In this document: one piece after another, positions 12,421 to 24,370 of the stretch
Numbering within the stretch: the first letter of the stretch is position 1
Layout: each line of letters opens with the position of its first letter
Origin: Zootoca vivipara
Taxonomy: Eukaryota
DNA: 64,000 nucleotides
Reading direction: 5' to 3'
Assembly (NCBI RefSeq): GCF_963506605.1
Contig: NC_083290.1
Location: 26,040,001-26,104,000 of the forward strand
Program-made: the position numbers and the translations under genes
The notes under the pieces: model-generated
What the model was told of the DNA's origin: nothing
Seen by the model: the letters and a program-made list of their open reading frames with translations, nothing else
Databases searched by the model: none

Positions 12421-12627
12421 GCGAAGGGAGCTGAGGAGAGAAGTACTGTAGTCTTTAGGGATGGCTGCTGAAATGGAGCCACCGTATTCAGATGCAGCCT
12501 ACCATCTTTTCCTGTTCTTAACCTCCCTCCCTCCCTCCTTGCTTCCTTTTTTTGTTGTTGACGATTTATAAAATATTTTTTAAATTTTTTTTAATTACAT
12601 TCCAATAACAGCCACATTATAACAATA

Positions 12628-12908
12628 AAGGTAGTGACTGACTCTGGGGTTGCAGTGCTCATCTCGCTTCCGGGTCATGTGGCCAGCATGAGAAAGCCAC
12701 TTCTGGTGAACCAGAGCAGTGCACGGAAACGCTGTTTGCCTTCCCGCCAGAGTGGTACCTATTTATCTACTTGTACTTTGACATGCTTTCGAACTGCTAG
12801 GTTGGCAGGGGCTGGGACCGAACAACGGGACTTCACCCTGTCGCGCCAACCTTCTGATCGGCAAGGCTTAGGCGCTGTGGTTTAACCCACAGCGCCACCC
12901 ACGTCTCA
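12628..12908 (-). mobile_element. Sauria/Squam1-type SINE with 15-bp TSD CACATTATAACAATA
   Basis: Reverse complement of the SINE at 1052; TSD at 12613-12627 and 12909-12923. Confidence 0.85.
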
Positions 12909-13329
12909 CACATTATAACAATACCAATTGTTATAATTGGCATTATAACAATACCAATTTATAATACAATTATTAATACCAGTCGTTCAAATAACGAATA
13001 ATATATTTTTGGTGCCCCCCCCCGGCATGCTAGAATGGATGGTTTGATGATTTTCTTTATTTCTGCATTCCAAAATCTTATTAATTTCGATCACATTCCC
13101 GTCATAATAATCCCTTATACAACAACTGCAATATTAATAATAACATTTAATGGTTTATGCCATCAGCAGCAGCATCATTTTTGGACAATATTATTGAGGG
13201 CATCACAGCTAATAGGAGAACACAAAAACCTCAGAAGCAGCAAATTTAAATAACAAAATAAGGGAACTTTTTAATATATCCAAAACGCATGTCCATATCA
13301 CAAATGTGGACATAGGTCTGCCTCTGGAC

Positions 13330-13471
13330 GTTGCGGACTCTACTTCCTTGGAGGTTTTTAAGCACAAGTTGGATGGCCATCTGTCATGGATGCTATAGTT
13401 TAGATTCCTGCATTGCAGGGGGTTGAACTAGATGACTCTTGGGGTTCCCTCCCAGCTTTGTGATTCTATGA
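13330..13471 (+). mobile_element. CR1 LINE 3' end
   Basis: TTGGAGGTTTTTAAG...GGTTGAACTAGATGA...GATTCTATGA terminus, shared with 40600-40752 and 55401-55531. Confidence 0.75.
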
Positions 13472-13971
13472 TATACATATGTGCATACACAGCAGGAAGA
13501 TTGAGTCAGGTGTTGGAGGAACGATGGGTGAGGGGACGCTTCTCCTAATTAGCATGGAGAACCCAAGAAAGCAGGTGCTACATGAGCTGGCCAGTCCCTT
13601 TTATGCCCAGATTGCAAACCTTCCAGAGGTATATGACTGGCTGGTGTTGGAAACAGAAAACTTTGCTTTTTATGTATTTATTGTAATATTCAGATGTCCT
13701 TCTGGCAAGAAGTGCAGGGTGGCACAAAAGGTTCTCTATTCCACTCCGTCTCACCCCGCTTCATCATGACAGCAACTATGTTAGGAAGATTAGTCTGAGA
13801 GTGACTGGCCAAAGTTCTTCCACTAGACAGACTCTTTCAAGGTGATTCTTTGGTTGGGCTCAATGATGCATTGCTCGTAGGGGTGTGCAGTACTGTTCAA
13901 TGCACATTTATTAGAAGTGTGTCCTAATAGCCTCCATGGTGCTTACGAGGAAGTGTGCAAAGGCTTGTAAA

Positions 13972-14332
13972 AAAAGGTAAATGATCCCTGGATGGTTAAG
14001 TCTAGTCAAAGGCGACTATGGGGTTGTGGCGCTCATCTCGCTTCAGGCCAAGGGAGCTGGCGTTTGTCCACAGACAGCTTTCCGGGTCATGTGGCCAGCA
14101 TAACTAAACCACTTCTGGCGCAACGGAACACCATGATGGAAACCATAGCGTACGGAAACTCTGTTTACCTTCCCACCACAGTGGTACCTATTTATCTACT
14201 TGCACTGGCGTGCTTTCAAACTGCTAGGTTGGCAGGAGCTGGGACCGAGCAACACCCTGTTGTTGGGATTCGAACTGTCAACCTTCTGATCGGCAAGCCC
14301 AAGAGGCTCAGTGGTTTAGACCACAGTGCTAC
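13972..14332 (-). mobile_element. Sauria/Squam1-type SINE (diverged)
   Basis: Shares the GTACCTATTTATCTACTTGCAC...GGCAGGAGCTGGGACCGAGC body and AAAGGTAAA tail. Confidence 0.8.
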
Positions 14333-16200
14333 CTGCTGTAGGCTGTTTTCAATTCAGGTAACTTGCTCATCCCTAAAAGCTTCTTGAAAAGAGCAATAAG
14401 AGAGCGAAACCTGCCCTTAAGCATGCACAGATTGCCTTCCATTTTGTTTCTGAGCCATCAGAACCAGCGTTATCAGAAGGGAGGAGAGTGCTTTCAGGTA
14501 CACACCCTGAGTGTATGGCAGGATCGTGTTCCAGTATGTCATATGCACACCTTTGTGCTAGTAATGTTTCTGGGAAATTAAATATATCAGGCAATATTGT
14601 GCATATTAAATTTTAAGATACAAAGCTTGTAGCATTGGGGTGGTATTCAACTAATTTTATTCAGAGCAGATCCATTGAAATAAGGGGATGTAACTTAGTC
14701 GTGTACGTTAATTTCAGCAGGACCACTGAATACTACCCTTAATTAAAAAGATGGTTCTAGGGAACTCGAGCGGTGAGTTGTACAAATCATTTTTAAAATA
14801 ATTCTAGGTTTCAAATCTCATCAATATTCAATTGAAGTGGCTGCTTCAAACATTTGGTAGTACTTCTACCTACGTGTTATTATGCAGTGCAACCTTTTGG
14901 GTGTGTTTACTCAAATCTAAATGCTGCTTATTTCAATGGGCCTTACTCACTAGTGAGGCTATATAGGAATACAGCTGTATCTTAGTGCTTGACCTCCTTG
15001 ATGACAAGGTCCGGTCATATTGATTTTTGGATAAAAGTCTCTCATCCCATGGATGGTCTGAAACCAGTGACATCAGGACTAGCTGATGATCAGGAAGTTG
15101 CATCACAAACAAAAACAATCAGTTTTTCTGGTTGCCTGCTCCAGTTCCTCCTGCCACCTTCCTTTGTAAGGGCTGCCAGAAAAAAGTCAGCACTTTTTAA
15201 CATCAGCTACAGCCTTGAACTTCACTCTACTGAGGCTGCCCATTCTGGCTGAGATTCTGAAGCAAAATTACAATTAAAACCAAGACAAATAAGCAGGAAA
15301 ATGTGGGATTTGGATGACATCGATTCTTCATATCTATCAACTACAACCTCTTCTGATTCAGAGGTATTCCCCTACTGAACTCCAGTTCCAAATTTCAGCA
15401 CACTCAATCCTTCTAATCTATCCACATGATGAAACCATCCCCATGTGTTTTGGTTAAAATAAGATCTTTCAGCACTTAATATCACTGTCCAGTGTCAGGG
15501 AATCAGACTGATTTTGGTGTGGGAAAAGAACTGGAGAAGCATAGGGCTGAAATACAAATTTTAAAAGAATGTAAAGTTACGTTCTAAAATGTAAAATGTA
15601 GAAATAGTTAAATCCCAAGTGTAATGAGGAAGTAAGTCCCACTAAAGGTGGGTTTTCAGGAGTACAAAAGTTTATTATTAGATTGCAAGAGGTGTAGTAG
15701 AGGAGCATGTACCATATTAGTGAGATAAAATAAATACTGTATTAAAAAGTAGTATTAGAGGAGAAACATAATTTTAAGAACAGTGACTAATACTGTTGAT
15801 TTTTCTGAGACGTACCTACACCACAGACAATGAGTATGTTCCTGTGCAGGTTTATTCAGAAGTAAGTTGTACTGATTTCAGCTGAACTTTGTCTAGTAAG
15901 TCAGTGTGTGGGGGTTTGCAGTGTTAAAAGGTCATCTTGAACATGTTTGCTCTGATGTAAACCACTATTTGGGGCATATAGTTTGTGTGATTAGGATTAT
16001 AGCCTTAACCTTCTTTAATAGTTACTTCCTTAGGGGGTATTAGGAGTTTTCTGAGAAGGCAGCTCAGGACATCTTCAAATACGGTTCCCAGAATTTGTTG
16101 AGAGAAGACATGGCACTTGATAGGTTTGTAGTGTAGTTGTGCCTTCCCTAATATGAGTTGTTTCCTGTTCTCATTTGACTTTTCTGTCTCTTCCTAGGCC

Positions 16201-16425
16201 ATGTCCCTGTCTTGCTTCTTTAACCCGCATCATGGCTGTTTAATGCGCGCCAATGGTCATGGGGAAGTGTGGACAGATTGGAACAGCTCTGCCAAGTTCT
16301 TCCAGTATGGCTGGAGGTGCACCACCAACGAGGACTCCTACACCAACAAAACCCTCTTGGGGAACTGGAACGAAGAGCGCTATGACATTCGAAAAATACT
16401 GCAGCCCAAGCCTCTCCCTTCCCAG
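16201..16425 (+). CDS. CFAP68: CFAP68/C11orf1 coding exon 1
   Basis: ttcctag|GCCATG; KFFQYGWRCTTNEDSYTNKTLLGNWNEERYD matches the C11orf1 family; donor CAG|gtcaga. Confidence 0.9.
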
Positions 16426-16628
16426 GTCAGAGTACCATATTCACATCGCTCTGTTTGTTAGCTTGTTAACGTAAAGTGAAATATTCAGCCCTCTGGCACA
16501 GGGGCAAGTAACCTGCGGCCCTCTGGATGTTCTTGGTCTCCCGTTTCCATCAGCACCAGCAACCAGTTAGGGATTAGGGGAGATGTAATTCAACAGCATC
16601 TGGTTGGCCACAGGTCCTTGCTCTAGTA

Positions 16629-16886
16629 CAGGGGTCAGCAAGGTTTATCTTGCCTGGGCTGGATCGGTCCCTCTGTGGGCCGGCCCACATGAACGCATGC
16701 CCCCGTGATTTTCGGCGTCTGTGTCTGCGCAGACGCGACTTTTGTTGCCATGGAAGCGAGTCCCTGCGCTGCACCAGTTTAGCACAGGGCGCAAGCGGAC
16801 AGCTCGGTTTGGGGGCAGCTCGTGGGCCAGTCAAATGACCTCCACGGGCCGCTTCCAGCCCATGGGCCTTAGGTTGCTGACCCCTG
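16629..16886. mobile_element. Non-autonomous hAT DNA transposon (MITE)
   Basis: TIR CAGGGGTCAGCAA/TTGCTGACCCCTG; perfect 8-bp TSD CTCTAGTA. Confidence 0.9.
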
Positions 16887-17778
16887 CTCTAGTACTCTGT
16901 GTTCAATTTATCTTATAACATGTTGAATGATTCAAGCCCAGCTTTAGAAGAGCAAGTGTGAAGATGTTCTGTTGTATTTTATATTTGAAGGGGGACTTGG
17001 CTGACCTAAATCAGGCATCACCTAGGAGCTCATGTCTGTTGCTTCAAGCTCTAAGGAAGAAGCACAAATGTAATACTGTAGTAGACAGTATTCCTGTATA
17101 AGATGTTGTCCTTCCTTGCTTTCCATCTGTTCAGTTCCAGTTTATTTTCTTTGGCTGCAATCCTATCTACACTTCCCTGGGCAAGAGTCCCCCTGAACAC
17201 TTTTTATGAGTAAATTTGCATAGGATTGCAGTAATAGCCATTTCATCCCACCAACCCCTCCACCACCACGTGATACCTCATTATACCCAGCCCTTCTGCC
17301 TCGCTAAGCCAAGCCAAGCTGGGGTTGCTTTGGTGATAAGGCTCTTTCTCTTAAAAGTTCTACTGAATTTTTGTCTAGAAAAAAAAGGCAAGTAAAGGGG
17401 GACATGATAGAGGTGTACAAAATTATGCATGATACAAGTATATGAAGTTGCATGTGGTGTGAATAAAATGGGTAAAGAGACATTTATTTCCCATTAAACT
17501 GGAACCCAGTGTGGTCATCCAATTAATCTGAATGTTACAAGACTCAAGGCAGACAGAAGGAAATTCTTCTTCACAGTTAAACTATGGAATTCACTCCCAC
17601 AAGATGTTGGGATGGCCACCAACTTAGGCCTTAGGCAACTTAGCTTTTGCCTGGTCTTTCCAGGCACGGATTTGTGTCCCAAGAGATTTTATTTTATTTT
17701 TTAACTTGGAAAACCTGCTCTTAAAACCTGAAGCACAATAAATGGTAATTCGGGTTTCCTGCAGATTGCTGCAAAGCA

Positions 17779-17818
<40 letters not shown>

Positions 17819-18197
17819 GGTGCTTGAACACGGAGGTTTAAAGTGTGGACCATGCCTGAAAAGTGTGAAGGAAAGGTAACTATGGATAAGCCCTTAGAGG
17901 AATTTAAAAGAGGATTAGACAAATTCATGGAGGTTAAGGCTGCTAGTCATACTAGATACAGTATATTCTACCTCCAGGATCAGAGGCAATATGCCTCTGC
18001 CTGAGTACCAGAACGTGAGCAAGAGAGTGCTGTTACCTTCATGCCCTGTTTGTGGACTTCCCAGAAATACCTGGTTAGAATTGGGTTTCTGGACTTGAGA
18101 GGGCATTTGGTCTGATTCAGCAGCCAGTCTCTTCTTAATGTTCTTATGGTTTCTCGGTTACCGTAAACATGCAGTCAATCTGGGTTTTCCTTTTCAG

Positions 18198-18264
18198 TAT
18201 GCTCACTATTTTCAGTCCACCTACACATCGGACTTCTCCAAGAAACAGCCCCACAGTACAAGAA
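18198..18264 (+). CDS. CFAP68: CFAP68 coding exon 2
   Basis: ttttcag|TAT GCT CAC TAT TTT...AGA A|gtaagt; YAHYFQSTYTSDF; 67 nt. Confidence 0.88.
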
Positions 18265-19015
18265 GTAAGTACATAAAACTGGAATGCAGGCACTTAATTT
18301 AAAAGCTGCAAGAGAACTTTGGGAAGATCTAGTTCTTCCCCCAGTTCTGAATCCTCTATTCTCAAATAAATAAATATCATGTGTCAAGTGTTAGTGGGCT
18401 CTGGTGGTGACAGCAAGGGACCTGTAGGAACACAAAGAAATCCATTGCAATACGTCCTGAAGTGCTAGCAGTCTGGATGCACAATTGAATGGTGCCACCC
18501 CCATCTACCCTGAAGTTGTCGGCTATCTGTGGGAACTGTTTCTACTTAGAAAGTGGCAGGCATCATCATCATTATTATTCATATACCTTTTTTACCCATT
18601 CTTCACCATAAGGTCCCCAGGGCAGGTAACAACATCATAAAAATGTAGAGTTAGTCCATGGTTTAGAAAGCAACAAAGACCACCCTGATAATGCAAGAAT
18701 GTAAATTTGGGATATATACACTATTGCATATGCTGAAATTTGCTGGTATGCAAATTGGAAACTGCACGCAGAGAAATGGGTGAATTCAGGTGCAGAATCT
18801 CCTGTACTGCACTTGTGATAAAGCAGCATGTCTCATATGACTTTCCTAATATGCCTTCTCAGGTATTCAGCTCCCTTTTAGATTGGCAGAAGCTAAGACT
18901 GCCTTTGGTCCTGCTGTCGAGTTTGTTCAGTGCAATATGTTCATTCCGCTTTACTGGCTTGCAACTGCCCTGCCTTCTTTTGAACTCCTCAGCCTTGTCC
19001 TCTCTCTGCTCTTAG

Positions 19016-19194
19016 GAGTTATGCGAGATGTTCACTGGTTCCCTGGACACCAGCCAGAGCTGGAGCCTCCTCCAATCAAGCCAACTGCCCGGTCATGCTA
19101 CATGATAGATTATGAGCGTCCACAGAAGGAGGGAGTGTGCTGCTTGGTTGACACGAAGCCCAAAGAACCGCAAGAGACTCTGCGGAAGGAGTAG
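19016..19194 (+). CDS. CFAP68: CFAP68 coding exon 3 (last)
   Basis: cttag|GA GTT...; HWFPGHQPEL motif; TAG stop; AATAAA at 19339-19344; total 156 aa. Confidence 0.9.
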
Positions 19195-19392
19195 GACTAG
19201 AGTAGGGCTCTCTTCTGCTTCAGGACAGCCTGGGTTGCTTGAAAGGCCCTGCCTGTGTGACCCAGTTGCTCCCTCTCTTCCCCACCCACCCACTTAAAAG
19301 CTAGGCTGCCATGCAGCAACTCACAAACCATGTCTGTGAATAAAAGAGTGCGTCAGAGTGAGAAGGAGATTCTTCTTACTTCTTGTGGCTTG

Positions 19393-19393
<1 letters not shown>

Positions 19394-19430
<37 letters not shown>
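19394..19430. repeat. (GT)n microsatellite between the CFAP68 and CRYAB 3' ends
   Basis: Visible. Confidence 0.95.
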
Positions 19431-19432
<2 letters not shown>

Positions 19433-19846
19433 AGTTTTTACTTTCCCTCTTACGTTTTGTGAAGCACCACCTAATTTTTGTTTGTTGGCTGTTACATTTG
19501 TTTTTCTGTGTATAGCCAAGGCTAGAATTATTTTCCCCCAATACTGTTTGTGGTTGCTCAGCCGGATCGGAAGGGAACTCTGCATATGCCCAGAGTGCTA
19601 TTCTCCCTCTCTCTTTTTTACCACAAGATCGCATGCTGTAGGGCTGAGCCCTGTCTCAAATGGATCCAGCCCCGAAGATTGAGGAAAGAAGCCACCAGAT
19701 GCTTACTCATCGGTTTATTTGTTAGTAAACAAGCTCATTTGCTTAGCACAAATAAATAAGAACAGCCAGCCAGTGACACCGCCTGCTGTTTGCATCCAAT
19801 GGAAAGGCTTTCTTGGGTATAAAAGAGTAGGTCTCACAGGGCGTGT

Positions 19847-20050
19847 CTACTTCCTTTGCGCTGCTGGTACGGCAGATTTCTCCTCCCTGGCAATGGGGAT
19901 GGTGCGCTCTGGGACTTCCATGGCTTTTCTTGGTCCATTCACTGTCAGGACACCATCTGAAGAGAGGGAGGAGGTGATGGAGAGGGGATCCACATCAGCT
20001 GGGATCCTGTACTTCCTGTTGAACTCCCTGGCAATGAAGCCGTGTTCATC
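19847..20050 (-). CDS. CRYAB: alphaB-crystallin exon 3
   Basis: [42 protein letters not shown]...[11 protein letters not shown]; - strand AATAAA at 19714-19719. Confidence 0.97.
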   Translation of the reverse strand, partial: DEHGFIAREFNRKYRIPADVDPLSITSSLSSDGVLTVNGPRKAMEVPERTIPIAREEKSAVPAAQRK

Positions 20051-20505
20051 CTTTTCAAAAGAGAAGGGGGTGAGGGGAAGAGCAACATAACCATATATGT
20101 CTGGTTGCAAATGGTTTACTATAGAAAGTTCTGGTTGCAAATGGTTTACTATAGAAAGATCAGTCCCCTGGGGTACCCCAGTTTAGGGGTACCAGGGCCA
20201 GGAAAGACCATTGCCAGAGACCTGGGAAAGCTGCTGCCAATCAGAGTGGCCAGTACTAAATGAGCTGGGCCAATGATCCTTTGCTGTGGTCCAACTTTGA
20301 CCTTCTCAGATTTAAAACCAAATGAATAAATGAATGAGGGACCATTTCTATTTCCTCTGCCCAAGGCTGTCTCTCTGAGACTCTTCTTTGTGGCAGGTAA
20401 CATGGCACTGTTAACGTCTCCTTCCTTGATGGGCAACCTTGTTTAGAATGGGTCAATTTCTCCCTCCTTCCACCCTGCCTCCCATCGCCCTGCCAGCTGC
20501 GCTCA

Positions 20506-20649
<144 letters not shown>

Positions 20650-21159
20650 CTAACAAAAGAGTTTAGTTAGGGCAGTTATAATATTTAATGTTTACTAATT
20701 GTTAGGTGCTGCATGTGGAGCAGATAATTAGACACAAGGCCTTGCCTATAGCCTTATGATCAGTTGTAGATCGTTTGCTATTCCTTATCCTCAGAGTGCA
20801 AGACTGTTCTGTATGCTACTTTCATGGTAGCGTGTGGGTTAAGGTCAGGCAACATTTCTTCATGTTGAGGGCTTCAGTCCTCCAGAGGACTGGTACTGGC
20901 AGTGAGCCACACCCCATTTCTTCCCTCTTTTATCTCTACCCTTCAAACTCACCCACCCACATAGAAACAGGAAGAGAGTTGGATGTTGAGTGAAATCTTT
21001 TTTACATAAGCCTTCCTCAGATGGCAATTGTGCTTAGGAAAAAAAAGTTCCCACTGATGTAAATGAGGTTTAAGGTCTAATTTCAGGGGGGTAGGTGGGG
21101 CTGCTGCCCATCTCCACAGCTGACTGGGAGTGGGGCAGTGAGATAGAGGTTTTGCATGT

Positions 21160-21165
<6 letters not shown>

Positions 21166-21223
<58 letters not shown>
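21166..21223. repeat. (AAT)n microsatellite, tail of an L2-like 3' end on - (another (AAT)n at about 17778-17817)
   Basis: Visible; the adjacent sequence resembles the ends at 36290-36350 and 47655-47780. Confidence 0.85.
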
Positions 21224-21224
<1 letters not shown>

Positions 21225-21477
21225 TTTATACTCAGCCCATCTGGCTGGGTTTCCCCAGCCACTCTGGGTGGCTCCCAGTAGAATATTAAAAACACAATAA
21301 ATACATACATAAATATGAGTGTTTCTTCCCCCTTATAACACTGATTGGCAGTAAACTCAGGACAGACAAAAGAAAGGACTTCCCCACACATTGCGTAATT
21401 AACTTATGAAATTCACCCCCATGGGATGGGATGATGGCCAGTATATTTGCTTGCTTTACAAAGGGATTAGCCAAAAC

Positions 21478-21802
21478 CAGGGGTCAGCAACCTTTTTCAG
21501 CCATGGGCCGGTCCACCGTCCCTCAGACCATGTGGTGGGCCGGACTATAATTTTTTGGGGGGGGGGGAATGAATGAATTCCTATGCCCCACAAATAACCC
21601 AGAGGTGCATTTTAATAAAAGCACACATTCTACTCAAGTAAAAACACCAGGCAGGCCCCACAAATAACCCAGAGATGCATTTTAAACAAAAGGACACATT
21701 CTACTCATGTAAAAACACGCTGATTCCCAGACCGTCCGCGGGCCACATTTAGAAGGCGATTGGGCCGCATCCGCTCCATGGGCCTTAGGTTGCCTACCCC
21801 TG
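21478..21802. mobile_element. hAT MITE in CRYAB intron 1
   Basis: CAGGGGTCAGCAACC...GGTTGCCTACCCCTG; imperfect 8-bp TSD GCCAAAAC/GACAAGAC; internal direct repeat. Confidence 0.8.
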
Positions 21803-21947
21803 GACAAGACCATGGGGGAGGAGAGTTCATGTCAACAGTGGGAGACCAGTGTTCAACTCCTCACTGGGCTGATCACTGCGTCTCAGCCTTACCTACAGTG
21901 CAGGATGGTTTTGAGGACCGGAGGGAGGCAGCTTGAGCTTTTCAGAG

Positions 21948-22285
21948 TGAAATATACTCGGAGTCGAGAGTGAATTTCATGCTCTTTATTCAGCTCATAG
22001 TCATCAAAACCATCTGCTTATATACATTACTCTTTTCCCAAAACCATCTGCTTATATACATTATTTACACAATGGGCCTTGCGTGATTGGCTACTTCAGG
22101 GCTACACCTGTGGGCCAATCAGGTTGCAGATTCACTTCTGCCAGCCGCCTGATTGGCTGCTCCTGCAGGCCAATCAGGTTGCGGATTCACTTTTCCACCT
22201 GGAGTTGGATTGGGTAGCTCCTGCGGACCAATCAGACTGCTGATTCTGAATCCTATTGTTCTAGGATTCAGCTTAGTACATAACA
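21948..22285 (-). mobile_element. Solo LTR of the same Gypsy family as 27068-32028
   Basis: Reverse complement of TGTTATGTACT...GAGTATATTTCA; 5-bp TSD CAGAG at 21943-21947 and 22286-22290. Confidence 0.95.
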
Positions 22286-23961
22286 CAGAGCAAAGGTGCG
22301 ATATAAATATAATAAAAATACTAGTCATGGGGGCTATATAGAACCTCTTCAGTATATCACTGAATGCCAGTTGCTTAGGTATCACCAATGAGGGATGCTT
22401 ATCGCCTTCAGGCCCTGCTTGTGGGCCTTGCAGAGGCATCTGATTGACCGCTGTGAGAAACACGTTGCCGGGCTTAGATGGTCCTATCCAACCAGGCTCT
22501 TGTGTTCTTAATACAGAAAAAAACTATGGCTTTGATGTGATGGATTCTCAATGCCATAATGCTAGAAATGAGCTGTGCTGGCATGGAAATTCTACAATAC
22601 AAATCAGGCAGAAGGGGATCAGTGTAGCTACCAGAACTGTCCCCCACGGCGTCTCCTTTTCCCTTGCAACTTGCTACCACTGGAAAGTCCCCCCACCTGG
22701 CACCCAATTCTCTTCCTCTGTTTTTAGATCCAGGTTCTTTGAAAACAGATCTGTTCGACTTACCACAATTTACCCTTCTCGGCTTTTATTCTCCCTCACC
22801 TACTTCCCCATTGTGTCTTGTCCTTTAGGTTGTAAGAGCCTGCGTTGTTGGTTTTTAACTTTTGCACAGCATCTAGCAATTTTAGGGTGTAATAATAATG
22901 TGAAAACACATATTGCATGGTACACTTGCGTCCTAATGAAAGAATATAATGAAAGAAATTCCATGCGTGGAATGATTAACAACTGCAGTAAGACAATAAC
23001 AATGCTAACTGTCAGCCTTAAAATACAGGGTGGCTAATCCAACAGTGCCTAAACCTCAAAGTCACACAGAGTTGGGAAGGACCTTGGAGGTCATCTGGTT
23101 CAACCCAGTGCTTGGTGCAGGATCTGCCACTCAGCTGTAGCTACAGGATCTCTTGACAGGTGGACGTCCAGCTTCTGCTTAAGTAGAGGGTGCCCACCAC
23201 CTCCCAAGGCTGTTTGTTCCACTTTTGATCACTTCTTACCCCTTAGGAAGTTTCTTCTAACATTCCCCATTACAATTTCTAGTCCTTCACAGACATCTCG
23301 CCCTTGTTGACTGCCATATTCATGGTGGGAGTGGGTGGGAGTGCATTCTCTGCAGCAGCCTCCCAGGCTCCAGAATTTTGCTCCCTTTTTTGACTCTGTG
23401 TTGCACAATTCCATCAGGAACTTTTCTTGTGTGAGTCCCATGGAAATGGATACTCTTACACAGCTTTGATTATGGCCTAGCCTACGCAGAAGAACTCCCT
23501 TTTGTCTCTCCGCCTCCCCCCCTGCAAGCAATCCTTAACTGATGTTTCTGTTTCCAGAGTTTATCGTTCAAATGAAGTCTACTTTTAGATCTAAATCTGG
23601 CTGTTTTCTGTGGGCTTTCCTGTGTGAATAACCTTCACAGATGACTCATTCCAGTTTCAAATGTATTCTTAGCGTCACTGGAGAAAACAACAGGTTTCGT
23701 GTCGGGGTGCGTTAAGGGGCAGATATCGGTTTTCTTCGCCTTCATTCTCGGCTAGTCTTTATGCTTCCTTTGTCAAGGATTTTTACGTCACCCGTTTTAA
23801 TGCTAAGGTCTCTTGATTTGTATTTTAAGCTCCTAGTAAAAATGCAGTTAAGTAAATTAACCGATGAAGGGCACGAACTGCAAAGGTGACAGGTGTCCCT
23901 CCACCTGGTTGAAGGACTGCATGGGAGCTGAGGGAAGTTTAGCAAGAGAAAATATTTTTAC

Positions 23962-24159
23962 CTCTGAGAGTCGGCTCTCAAGCCAGCTGGGGTTCCTTAG
24001 GATGGAGGGTCTCAAAAAGAAAGAGCTGAAAGCTGAGGAACTGGGGAGCAGTTCAGATTCCACAAGGTGCTCCCCAAAAGTCTGGTTGAAGATGCGGCTG
24101 GGCAACAAGCTTGACAGCAGGGGTCTGCGGAAGAAGGGGTGGTGAACGGTGATATCCAT
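23962..24159 (-). CDS. CRYAB: alphaB-crystallin exon 1
   Basis: [13 protein letters not shown]...[13 protein letters not shown]...[10 protein letters not shown]|gtaaaa; 198 nt; total 174 aa. Confidence 0.97.
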
Positions 24160-24221
24160 CTGAGTTGGTCCCGGAGGAGGCAGTGGGCAGCAGTGCACTC
24201 CAGCAAGCCAAGAGCCAGGGC

Positions 24222-24370
24222 TTTATATGCTCCCTGGTGCCAGGCCGTGCCCAGGCTGAATCCTCTGGAACGGTGATGTCAGGCATTTCATTATCCCTGT
24301 TCTCCCATCTGCACCATTCAGCGCTGGCTGGCAGATTAGCTGGAGATTTGTACACTCCACTCAGCACCCA
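24222..24370 (-). promoter_or_regulatory. CRYAB proximal promoter: TATAAA (24222-24227), conserved GGATAATGAAATGCCTGACATCACCGTTCCAGAGGATTCA block with HSE-like element, half-MARE TGCTGA
   Basis: TATA about 65 nt upstream of the ATG; block resembles the mammalian CRYAB proximal promoter as I recall it. Confidence 0.75.

Noticed and set aside
22444-23037. 197-aa ORF antisense within CRYAB intron 1
   Set aside because: TTG start, no recognisable domain, partly repeat-derived.
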